DNA from: Candidatus Nitrosopumilus koreensis AR1
GTDB lineage: Archaea; Thermoproteota; Nitrososphaeria; Nitrososphaerales; Nitrosopumilaceae
DNA length: 32,000 nucleotides
Reading direction: 5' to 3'
Assembly (NCBI RefSeq): GCF_000299365.1
Contig: NC_018655.1
Span: 720,001-752,000 of the forward strand
Made by a program: the position numbers and the translations under genes. The notes beneath the pieces were generated by a model. The model searched no databases, had not been told where the DNA came from, and saw only the letters and a program-made list of their open reading frames with translations. Positions 1 through 7,487 of the stretch are shown here, piece by piece (the stretch's first letter is position 1; each line of letters begins with the position of its first letter).

Positions 1-261
1 GGCGAGGTAATTGCAGAAAGTGACGATACTGTGGTGGTAGAAGGAAATCATTACTTTCCAATTGATTCTATCAAAAAGGAATATTTTGAGAAAACTGACA
101 TGACCAGTTTTTGTGGATGGAAAGGAATGGCAAATTATTATTCTGTTACAGTTAATGGGAAAACGAACAAAGATTGTGCATGGTATTATGCAGAACCAAA
201 TGATGCTGCCATGAAAATTAAAGGAATGGTTGCATTTTGGAATGGCGTTGAAGTAAAATAA
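1..261 (+). CDS. DUF427 domain protein (5' end outside window)
   Basis: Frame 1 is open from base 1 (GEVIAESDDTVVVEGNHYFP...), so the listed ORF 31..261 is only the GTG-onward part. The NHYFP...CxWKGxAxYY...AWYYxxP...FW pattern is typical of DUF427. Confidence 0.75.
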   Translation, partial: GEVIAESDDTVVVEGNHYFPIDSIKKEYFEKTDMTSFCGWKGMANYYSVTVNGKTNKDCAWYYAEPNDAAMKIKGMVAFWNGVEVK

Positions 262-296
262 TCCTACTTAATTATTAGAAAAACTATAGGGATTTT

Positions 297-684
297 GTGA
301 AACAGTATACTGCACTTCTTGGTATTGGTGTAGGTGTGATTGTAATTATTGGTGTAATTTTTGGTGCAGATTTTTTCAAGTTTTCTGTATCTACACAAGA
401 CTATGAAATCTTTGTTGATCCACTTTTAGATGAACAAGGGATGTTTACCATGGGACGCGTCACAATCCAAAATATTGGTGCCAAGCCAATAACAAATGTC
501 CACATCAATTTTGGTGATGGGGATACGCTAGACATTCAAACTCTAGCTGTTGGGCAAAAAAATTCTTGTCTCTCCTCCTCCTGAAAACTCGATGGAATTT
601 GTGATGATCAGTGCTGATAATGAGATATTTGTAAACAAGGCCTACCGTGAAATGCCAAAAATGGTGGGTATGATGGGTTCTTGA
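297..684 (+). pseudogene. Small N-terminally membrane-anchored hypothetical protein; reading frame broken at an A7 run (556-562)
   Basis: ORF 297..584 (GTG start, TM helix LLGIGVGVIVIIGVIFG) stops at 582-584. The +1 frame continues sensibly from the A-run to a TGA at 682-684 (ILVSPPPENSMEFVMISADNEIFVNKAYREMPKMVGMMGS). Removing one A joins the two parts. Confidence 0.4.
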
Positions 685-727
685 TCTTTGCTAGCAGTTA
701 AATTCTGTAATAATTCAGTATTTTTGC

Positions 728-1552
728 TTGAAATTTCTTACCAGTGGGAAGGTAAAGGATCTTTATGATGTTGATGAAACCACTTTACTCTTCAAGTTCT
801 CTGACCGGGTTTCAGCATATGATGTGAAATTCAAACAAGACATTCCTAGAAAAGGGGAGGTTTTGTGCAAATTTGCTGAATTTTGGTTCAATGAGTTACC
901 TGTCCCAAATCATTTCATAAAGCGTGAGTCTGATACTGAGATACTTGTAAAGAAGATGAAGATGCTTCCAATCGAGTGTGTTGTTCGTGGTTATTTTTAT
1001 GGCAGTCTTGTAAGTAGATGGAAAAAAGGCACCGTCAAAGTACCTGAAGGAACTGATACAACTCTTGCTGCAAAACTTCTTGAGCCTATGTTTGATCCTA
1101 CCACAAAATCAGAACACGATATTCCAATTGATAAAACAAAAGCAATTGAAATGAAACTAGTCACTGAGGAACAGTATCACTGGTTGGAAAAAACTTCGAT
1201 TGAAATTTACAAAAAGATGGCAAAGATTGCAGATGATGTTGGTTTTATCTTGGCTGATTTGAAATTAGAGTTTGGAATTTTAGATGGCCAAATTACTTTG
1301 GGTGATTCTATAGGTCCTGATGAGTATCGCTTGTGGCCAAAGGACTCCTTCGAGGTGGGTAAAATCCAAGAAGCATATGACAAACAACTTTTGCGTGACT
1401 GGTTAACTGCAAACGGATATCAAAAACAATTTGATGATGCACGTGATGCTGGCCAAGAACCAGTGGCACCTGAAATTCCCTCTGAGATTATTTCAAAAAT
1501 GACAGAACGTTATGTTACTGCATATGAAAAACTCTCTGGCAAGCAACTGTGA
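728..1552 (+). CDS. purC: Phosphoribosylaminoimidazole-succinocarboxamide (SAICAR) synthase
   Basis: 274 aa. N-terminal GKVKDLY...FSDRVSAYD and LADLKLEFG motifs are characteristic of PurC. Apparent TTG start. Confidence 0.9.
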   Translation: MKFLTSGKVKDLYDVDETTLLFKFSDRVSAYDVKFKQDIPRKGEVLCKFAEFWFNELPVPNHFIKRESDTEILVKKMKMLPIECVVRGYFYGSLVSRWKKGTVKVPEGTDTTLAAKLLEPMFDPTTKSEHDIPIDKTKAIEMKLVTEEQYHWLEKTSIEIYKKMAKIADDVGFILADLKLEFGILDGQITLGDSIGPDEYRLWPKDSFEVGKIQEAYDKQLLRDWLTANGYQKQFDDARDAGQEPVAPEIPSEIISKMTERYVTAYEKLSGKQL

Positions 1553-1900
1553 TTGTTGTTTTGTGTTTAATGTTGACTAGTAGCTAACTTTCAACTCGAA
1601 TTGTATTTTTGAAAATATGCAAATTTGTGTCATGATGACGTATTTTCGGACATCTCTCTCCTGGATCCTCCTTTTTTGTTATTTTACAAAAAATTTCAAA
1701 CCGTTACAATAATTCTTTATCCAATACAATATTCATTGTAGTGGTATCGTTTTTACTAGTTGCACTATGATAATTATTATAGTAATGATGATTGGATTGA
1801 TAGCGGTATAATCTTTTTGAAAATGGAAAAAAATTGATGCGATTAGACAAAAAAATATGATACAAGGATCTTTTAGATCAAAAATAAAGGTAATTTCAGC

Positions 1901-2404
1901 ATGTCTACATTATTAGAAAAACCAATCAAAGTAAATCGTATTGTTACGACAAGTATTGAACACGCACGAGCAATTGAAGACCCTGCACGCGCAAAAATTG
2001 TTGAGATTTTGTATCATCAAGCTATGTCAGCTGACCAGATCACAACTGCATTAAAAAAATCTGGATTCAAAAAAGCACTAACTACAATTCGTCATCATTT
2101 AGAAATTCTAAAAGAATCTGGGTTAATACAAATTGTAAAGATTGAAGAATCTCGTGGTGCCATAACAAAATTTTACAGCACTTCTACAAAACTACTTGAT
2201 TTTCAAACCCCTGAAGATTTTGAATCAAAGTATTCCAAAATAATCGACAACACATCCACAAAAATTGAAAAAATCCTCAAAGGGTTAACTCCTAAAACTG
2301 GAAAGTCAAAAGGGAAAAAATCTGAAGAGTATTCTCAGTATTTGGTCATGGAAATCATGAATCGTGCCATGACAAACGTGCTTGAGAACTCTGGCAAAAA
2401 ATAA
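1901..2404 (+). CDS. ArsR-family winged-helix transcriptional regulator with C-terminal extension
   Basis: 167 aa. DPARAKIVEIL...SADQIT...TIRHHLEILKESGLI is a typical ArsR/SmtB HTH. Confidence 0.75.
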   Translation: MSTLLEKPIKVNRIVTTSIEHARAIEDPARAKIVEILYHQAMSADQITTALKKSGFKKALTTIRHHLEILKESGLIQIVKIEESRGAITKFYSTSTKLLDFQTPEDFESKYSKIIDNTSTKIEKILKGLTPKTGKSKGKKSEEYSQYLVMEIMNRAMTNVLENSGKK

Positions 2405-2441
2405 TCGCTACACCTAAGTATTTCGTGCAAGAAATTCTTGC

Positions 2442-2762
2442 ATGGTACGAGTGTTTTACAGCCAAAAAACAGAAGATCTAATTGAAAAGATGACTCTTAC
2501 TAATTGGCGCAAACAAGTTCAGCAAGAACTTGGTAAAGAACACCAAGATATGTCTGATAATTGGAAAATGTGTGCAATTGGTGAGCGAATAAAGATTGAA
2601 GGAAAAGATCTTGAATCAATAAAAGATCTTTCTCCTGAGGCGATCAAACTTGGATATGAATTTTCAGTTGCAATGCAAGAAAAAGACAACCAAAAAGCAC
2701 TTGAAATCATTACAAAAATCGAACAACTGCCAACAATATGGAGAAGTGAAATTAATGGATGA
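2442..2762 (+). CDS. Hypothetical protein
   Basis: 106-aa ORF with no recognisable motif. Its stop (2760-2762) overlaps the ATG (2755) of the next gene, ATGGATGA, which suggests co-translation. Confidence 0.5.
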   Translation: MVRVFYSQKTEDLIEKMTLTNWRKQVQQELGKEHQDMSDNWKMCAIGERIKIEGKDLESIKDLSPEAIKLGYEFSVAMQEKDNQKALEIITKIEQLPTIWRSEING

Positions 2763-3159
2763 AAAAGTAAAAAAATTATTTTCTGAAAAAAATCTTGTAT
2801 TCATTGCAACTGTTATGAAAGATGGTTCGCCACAAATTTCACCTGTTTGGGGCAATTATGAAGATGGTTATGTGATGGTAAACACTGCTGAGGGCAGAAT
2901 AAAACACAAAAATGTTTTACGTGATCCTCGTGTTGCAGTTTCTGTTGTTTCAAAGGACAACCCTCTTGATATGACAACAATTCGTGGAGTTGTTGAAGAA
3001 CTAATTCCAGATTATAATTACAAACATGCAGATAAATTAACACAACAATACATGGGGCGCGAACACTATCCCTTCAAACGTGATGGTGAAAAAAGAGTTA
3101 TTCTAAAAATAAAACCTATCAAGGTTTTTGTTTTGCCTGAATTAAAGATGTCCGAGTAA
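2755..3159 (+). CDS. Pyridoxamine 5'-phosphate oxidase-family (PPOX/F420-dependent class) protein
   Basis: MDEKVKKLFSEKNLVFIATVMKDGSPQISPVW...DPRVAVSV is a typical PPOX-fold N-terminus. The part of the listed ORF upstream of 2755 is the overlap with the previous gene. Confidence 0.75.
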   Translation: MDEKVKKLFSEKNLVFIATVMKDGSPQISPVWGNYEDGYVMVNTAEGRIKHKNVLRDPRVAVSVVSKDNPLDMTTIRGVVEELIPDYNYKHADKLTQQYMGREHYPFKRDGEKRVILKIKPIKVFVLPELKMSE

Positions 3160-3170
3160 CAATTCTCAAT

Positions 3171-3194
3171 GTTTCTAAACTCGAATTTAGAAAC
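3171..3194. repeat. Palindromic repeat copy 1 (GTTTCTAAACTCGAATTTAGAAAC), nested in an outer 9-bp inverted repeat (3162-3170 / 3202-3210)
   Basis: Read directly. It lies between the convergent stops at 3159 (+) and 3241 (-). Same family as the copies at 6764, 7387 and 7460. Confidence 0.85.
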
Positions 3195-3240
3195 ATAATA
3201 AATTGAGAATGTTAATTATAAAAAAGTTAGCATAGACAGC

Positions 3241-3612
3241 TTAACGTCGACGTTTAGCTGCCTTTCTCTTTGGAGCGGCTTTGCGTTTTGCTGCTGCCTT
3301 TCTCTTTGGAGCTGCTTTTCTTTTAGCTGCAGTTTTTCTCTTTGGAGCGGCTTTGCGTTTTGCTGCTGCCTTTCTCTTTGGAGCTGCTTTTCTTTTAGCT
3401 GCAGTTTTTCTCTTTGGAGCTGCTCTACGTTTAGCTGCGGTTCTCCTTTTTGGAGCTGCTGCTTTAGTAGCTGCACTTCTTCTACGTGCTGCTTTTCTCT
3501 TACGAGATGCTGCTGCTTTTACTGCCTCTGCTGCTTTCTTAGCTGCATTTCTCTTTCGAGTTCGTGCTGCTTTTTTAGCTGCTTCGGCCCTTTTGGCTTT
3601 AGATATTGCCAT
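3241..3612 (-). CDS. Extremely basic Lys/Arg/Ala/Pro repeat protein, histone H1 C-terminal-tail-like (putative nucleic-acid-binding)
   Basis: 123 aa from ATG 3612 (the listed ORF starts at an upstream TTG, 3624). Reiterated AAKRKAAPKRK(T/A) units. By hand count 57/123 residues are K/R and 2 are acidic. TATAA lies about 29 nt upstream of the ATG. The ORFs in the other frames of this repeat are shadows. Confidence 0.7.
   Translation of the reverse strand: MAISKAKRAEAAKKAARTRKRNAAKKAAEAVKAAASRKRKAARRRSAATKAAAPKRRTAAKRRAAPKRKTAAKRKAAPKRKAAAKRKAAPKRKTAAKRKAAPKRKAAAKRKAAPKRKAAKRRR
3263..3420. repeat. Perfect tandem duplication, 72-bp period (36-bp sub-period), inside the basic-protein gene
   Basis: 3263-3348 is identical to 3335-3420 base for base. 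A third, diverged unit follows. Confidence 0.9.
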
Positions 3613-3714
3613 GATTTTTTTCAAAAATCATGTGTGTTATATGGTAAAAGTCACACAATACTACGCAAGCTATAGAAAAATTTGACACTTTTTTTTGATT
3701 TTAAAAATTACCGA

Positions 3715-4200
3715 TCAACAATTTGTTATACAAACAACAGCTGTATCTGTTGTTGATTGTTCTTTTTGTGGCCTGATGATTATTTTGTATGATTTTTCTT
3801 CATCAAATGGAATATCAAACTGTGTTGTTTTTTCTACTGGTTTGTTTGGCTCTAACCATTCTAAAAGTAGGTCTTTAGATGAAAATTCACCATAAACTGC
3901 TTCGTGTTTTTGCTCTTTTTCATCAACTATGTAAAATTGTCCTCCTGAAAGCAATGTTTTATCATCTCCTGTGTATTTTGCGGTAATTCCGATCATCACA
4001 AAGGTGTTTTCTGGTTTTACTTCTTTGCTTCCCTCATGTGTTCCTTCAAATGTGATGACATATTCGACTGGCCCCACAGAAACTGTCTCTCCTGTAACTG
4101 TTTCGATGTAGTTTGTTTGGTATTCTGTATACATGTACATTGCAATTGCCATTGAGGCAACTATTGCTCCAATTACTACCATTATTCCTAGACCTGCCAC
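3715..4200 (-). CDS. Membrane-anchored protein with DUF4352-like beta-sandwich ectodomain
   Basis: TM helix (GLGIMVVIGAIVASMAIAMYMY) followed by a VGPVEYVITFEG...FVMIGITAKYTG...QFDIPFD pattern. The ORF is open up to ATG 4329. GTG 4200, with TATATAT 28 nt upstream, gives a leaderless-type start and leaves the GC-rich palindrome at 4258-4289 intergenic. Confidence 0.6.
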   Translation of the reverse strand: MAGLGIMVVIGAIVASMAIAMYMYTEYQTNYIETVTGETVSVGPVEYVITFEGTHEGSKEVKPENTFVMIGITAKYTGDDKTLLSGGQFYIVDEKEQKHEAVYGEFSSKDLLLEWLEPNKPVEKTTQFDIPFDEEKSYKIIIRPQKEQSTTDTAVVCITNC

Positions 4201-4424
4201 AAAAAAATCATGGTTTTTTTGATATATAGTTGCATAGTTTGGGAAAAAAGCGTCTAGACCCCGTGCAAAATTGCACAAGTGAGAGGGGTGGGGCCTAAAC
4301 TCTGATAGTATTACGCTTAATTGTAACATAAGATCCGCGGAAAATTATGGCGATCAGGAGTTCCATTATGGTATTTTTACCCTTTTTTACACAATTATTG
4401 AATTTGGTATTGTATTCTGTATGA

Positions 4425-5090
4425 TTGTATGAAAATCTTTTTTTCCTATCATGGTTGACAAAATTTGTGGAACTTGTCAGTGCCGAGGCAATTATAGCCA
4501 TAATTTCTGTAGGTGCTATTATTGTCACATTATTCTTGAATATCAAGGCCCAAAACTCTGTTTCTCGTGGCCAATTTGCAACTCTTTTGAATAGTTTGTC
4601 TCAAGAACATTCAAAACTTCTTGAACAAGAAGATAACCTAAAATCTATTGAATCTTGCTTTAATTACTCGTTTGCCTATATTGATCTTCTCAACAGAATT
4701 GCATATTTGTGTAGTGACCGAAAAATACCTTCAGAGATTGGTAATTATTTTGAAAGATTTTTTGAATATGTTCAATTAATGATGATTTGGTATGATGATA
4801 CAGTTTCTTGGGATCAGAAAACTCCTGCAAAAAAACGTTGGAATTACATTGTGGAATGGTGTGAAGGTCGTATTCCTGCAGATGGTGATAGAGGTGATTT
4901 ACCTAAAATAATGCACAAAATTTGGGACCAATATGAGGAATTAAATCTTAAAGCTACTTTTCCACGATTTTTTGAAATTAAAAAAATTGAGTTTGGGGAT
5001 AGAACAAAAGAAGAACAAAATGAATTTGAAAAACTGCAAATAAAAATTAGAGAAAAAGAACGAGAAATTGATAAAATTAATGGGGTTTAG
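4425..5090 (+). CDS. Hypothetical protein, N-terminal TM helix and K/E-rich coiled-coil tail
   Basis: 221-aa ORF with a non-ATG start (TTG 4425 or downstream GTG). No family recognised. Confidence 0.5.
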   Translation: MYENLFFLSWLTKFVELVSAEAIIAIISVGAIIVTLFLNIKAQNSVSRGQFATLLNSLSQEHSKLLEQEDNLKSIESCFNYSFAYIDLLNRIAYLCSDRKIPSEIGNYFERFFEYVQLMMIWYDDTVSWDQKTPAKKRWNYIVEWCEGRIPADGDRGDLPKIMHKIWDQYEELNLKATFPRFFEIKKIEFGDRTKEEQNEFEKLQIKIREKEREIDKINGV

Positions 5091-5279
5091 CTTTTAGGCA
5101 CGACTCTAAAAGATCATACATGTTTAGCTGGGACATCAAGGTGGTTTGAGGATTGCATTTCATATCTAGGCACAAGTGTTCAACCCCCCACCAAAACACC
5201 TGATTTTGAAAAAATGGTATTGTGCCTAATTGCAGTAAAATTAGAGGGGGGTTTAACGCCTAGGCATAAATTGTTTATT

Positions 5280-6193
5280 TTAGAAAATTTTGTGTAATCT
5301 CTCCAATCCACTCGGAAACTTGAACAAATATCTCTGATGAAAAAATTCTAAAGCTATCAAAGAGGTTGTTGGTTGTTTCAAATGACTCGTTTACTGAATT
5401 CTCATCAATCTGTAATGAGTTAATCTCCATATTTTTTCATCAAAATCTTGTGATTTTACCTTCTGCTTGTCCATCTGAACATACATTTTCTGTCAAAATA
5501 GGGGGGTTTTTTGGCAATATTTTATCAAAAACACTAACTTAGCAGAACTGATGACATTAATTTCTCAACTAATGCCAGAGTACTATCCATCATTTTGTCT
5601 GCAAGTTCTGTTGCAGGGCCAATGATTAATTCCATGTTCAATATTGAATCTAATTCCATGCAAATTCTGTGGATTTTTTTATATTAATCACTTGTATGTT
5701 AAATGAAAATACACTCATTTCTTGAACTTTTTATGTAAAATTCTCATTAAAAAGAATTGTTTGGGTTTTCGGCATTTACACATTCAATGTTTCAGTTCTT
5801 TTTGAACTGTTTTAACAATGAAATGAATTGCTAATGCAAGCCCCATGACTTTGAAGAAATTATTCATGGGCCGAAACCTCCTGTTTTTCATAGGAATTCA
5901 GAATCTCATCTATTATTTTGATGATGTTCACTTCTGAACCAACTCCCCTTTTATCGTGTTTTCCAATTGGATTCTGTTAACATTGATGCTAACATTAATC
6001 TCAAAGTTTTTTGTTGCATGTCTGAACAATATGTTAAATTTGTTCATTTTACAAACACCATTAAAGTTGCAATCATGGTCAAAACAAAAACTTTGTTTTT
6101 TGAAGCCTTAAATCTGAGAATTTGACTTTCTATGAAACCTGTTTTTGATTTGCACCTTGTTTGTTTTTTTGTTGAAATTATTGTTGTTTTCAT
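5280..6193 (-). pseudogene. Possible decayed gene (chain of abutting or overlapping short ORFs in shifting frames)
   Basis: Minus strand: ATG 6193 opens a 49-aa ORF ending at 6044. Its TGA overlaps the next ATG (ATGA), that ORF's TGA overlaps a GTG (GTGA), and so on down to a TAA at 5280-5282. No frame exceeds 60 aa. Confidence 0.3.
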
Positions 6194-6250
6194 ACTATGT
6201 TTTGATAAATTTATGATAAAAAACTCGCGTAGAACTGATAAATCATCTAT

Positions 6251-6700
6251 TTAGAATGTCTTCATTAGAAATCTTGAGGTCTTTTCATGCATTTCTGAGA
6301 CTCTGTCAATTGCATCAAACAATCCTTGCTGGTTGATGTTTTCTTCCTTGTCTAGTACCACATAAACTCCGATTTTGCGTTTTCCGTCTTCTGTGGTATT
6401 TTTGTTAATTGCCTGTATTGTGTAGCAATAATCTGCTACTTTTTTCTCAAATTTCTCTTTCTCTTCTTCATTGAATCTCAAATATCTTGCAATCTGGTTG
6501 TTTTTCATGACGACTTTGGAGCCAATAACTAAAATTCCTTGTTGTGCCTTTGGCTCAAAAATTTCTACAGGAACTCCTGCGGGACCTGCATGCTTTACTA
6601 GAATTTGAAACACATTTTCAGGATCTTTTACATCTTCAAATGACAATCCTTCGTGAGTTAGCCATCTTTCCACATTGTCTCTCATTCTTGATGCAGCCAT
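6251..6700 (-). CDS. Conserved archaeal hypothetical protein (DUF2299/YbjN-like, assigned from memory)
   Basis: 149-aa ORF with an ATG start and globular composition. The family assignment is tentative. Confidence 0.6.
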   Translation of the reverse strand: MAASRMRDNVERWLTHEGLSFEDVKDPENVFQILVKHAGPAGVPVEIFEPKAQQGILVIGSKVVMKNNQIARYLRFNEEEKEKFEKKVADYCYTIQAINKNTTEDGKRKIGVYVVLDKEENINQQGLFDAIDRVSEMHEKTSRFLMKTF

Positions 6701-6763
6701 CGTAAATTATTGCAATGCAGTTCTATATGATTCTAAATCAATTGATCACACTGCTAAATTTAT

Positions 6764-6793
6764 AATATTTCTAAACTCGAATTTAGAAATATT
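6764..6793. repeat. Palindromic repeat copy 2 (AATATTTCTAAACTCGAATTTAGAAATATT)
   Basis: 30-bp palindrome with one central mismatch. It lies 64-93 nt upstream of start 6700 and 23 nt downstream of stop 6816. Confidence 0.85.
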
Positions 6794-6815
6794 GTTAATC
6801 TCTACTAGTAAAACA

Positions 6816-7043
6816 CTAGACGTTTACATCAAAGCCTGAATCTAATCCTGGGATGGATGCTGCAAGTGTGATGTTCAAAACAATTCCAATTGCCATCATT
6901 ATTAGCCCTAAATACAAACAATATCTTGCCTTGCGAGGATCATCTTTTCGCAAAATAAAAAATGCAATTATTCCTCCAATCAGACCTACAAAAATTGGCA
7001 ACAAAAACCACGCATTGCTTCTTTGTTTTTCTGGATAGGACAT
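6816..7043 (-). CDS. Small two-TM membrane protein
   Basis: MSYPEKQRSNAWFLLPIFVGLIGGIIAFFILRKDDPRKARYCLYLGLIMMAIG. ATG 7043 is chosen because the upstream extension would overlap the preceding gene. Confidence 0.55.
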   Translation of the reverse strand: MSYPEKQRSNAWFLLPIFVGLIGGIIAFFILRKDDPRKARYCLYLGLIMMAIGIVLNITLAASIPGLDSGFDVNV

Positions 7044-7050
7044 CGTAAAA

Positions 7051-7299
7051 TTATTTTGCAGTAGCTGCTTTTTTCTGTAACTGTGTGATTTCAATTTCTA
7101 CAGTCTCTAGTGGATCTTCTACTTGATTTCGTTTAATTGAAAACATTTTTGGTTTTTCAAAGTCATCAGTGCAATCAGGGCATGCATAAACCAGTACTCT
7201 GTGTTCGTTTGGTGCTTTTGGGTTTGATAATCTAGGGTAATACACTAGTCTTGCGCCACAATCAACACAATATCTGTTGGTCCTTCTAGTTCTGACCAA
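7051..7299 (-). CDS. Zinc-ribbon protein (CxxC...CxxC)
   Basis: 82 aa with CVDCG...CPDC. TTG start preceded by GGAGGT 5 nt upstream. Confidence 0.6.
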   Translation of the reverse strand: MVRTRRTNRYCVDCGARLVYYPRLSNPKAPNEHRVLVYACPDCTDDFEKPKMFSIKRNQVEDPLETVEIEITQLQKKAATAK

Positions 7300-7386
7300 T
7301 GTAAACCTCCTGCATTATTCTAGATATGCGATCATCTATTAGATCTATGTTGTCTAATAGTGTAAACCAATTGCTGTCAACCGATC

Positions 7387-7416
7387 AATATTTCTAAATT
7401 CGAATTTAGAAATATT
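7387..7416. repeat. Palindromic repeat copy 3 (AATATTTCTAAATTCGAATTTAGAAATATT), perfect 30-bp palindrome
   Basis: Read directly. It lies 88-117 nt upstream of start 7299. Confidence 0.9.
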
Positions 7417-7459
7417 ATTTTTCTATAATCTGGGTCATGTCTCTAGTATCAAAATAAAA

Positions 7460-7485
7460 TGTTTCAAAACTCGAGTTTAGAAATA
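7460..7485. repeat. Palindromic repeat copy 4 (TGTTTCAAAACTCGAGTTTAGAAATA)
   Basis: Imperfect palindrome centred on CTCGAG, starting 3 nt after the 3' end of tRNA-Asn. Confidence 0.8.
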
Positions 7486-7487
7486 AA

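Noticed and set aside
1631-1637. ATGATGA (C-box-like) at 1631-1637, and a second at about 1783-1789, in the 348-bp purC/ArsR intergenic region as possible C/D-box sRNAs
   Set aside because: No CTGA D box at an appropriate distance and no terminal stem on either strand. This is insufficient to call an sRNA.
2650-2754. Upstream extension of the PPOX-like ORF (MDMNFQLQCKKKTTKK...)
   Set aside because: It overlaps the preceding ORF in another frame and is low-complexity. The family-typical N-terminus begins at ATG 2755.
3263-3420. Tandem repeat considered as a possible CRISPR or minisatellite
   Set aside because: There are no unique spacers between units. The repeat is in-frame coding sequence of the KAAP protein.
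3216-3685. ORFs 3281..3685 (+, AAFLFGAA repeats) and 3216..3476 (-, LQREKLQLKEKQ repeats) overlapping the basic-protein gene
   Set aside because: They are alternative-frame and antisense readings of the same 36/72-bp repeat. Only the minus-strand K/R/A/P frame has an ATG with a TATA element at the right distance and a biologically known composition class.
4347-4424. 25-aa hydrophobic micro-ORF (MAIRSSIMVFLPFFTQLLNLVLYSV) immediately upstream of 4425
   Set aside because: It has no clean TM-plus-polar architecture and sits where the promoter or leader of the 4425 gene should be, so the support is too weak.
4451-4594. Alternative-frame Cys-rich 47-aa ORF (MVDKICGTCQCRGNYSHNFCRCYYCH...) overlapping the start of 4425..5090
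   Set aside because: It lies entirely within the long 221-aa frame. TGT/TGC codons arise easily in T-rich sequence, and there is no independent support.
5172-5195. GTTCAACCCCCCACCA (also GGATTCAACCACC at about 23531-23543) looked like a tRNA T-loop/acceptor fragment
   Set aside because: I could not fold a T stem or acceptor stem, so it is not a credible tRNA remnant.
5318-5330. ACTTGAAC 8-mer identical to part of the tRNA-Asn T-arm region, considered as an att-site duplication marking an integrated element
   Set aside because: Only 8 nt match, which is expected by chance about once in a window this size. No integrase was found.
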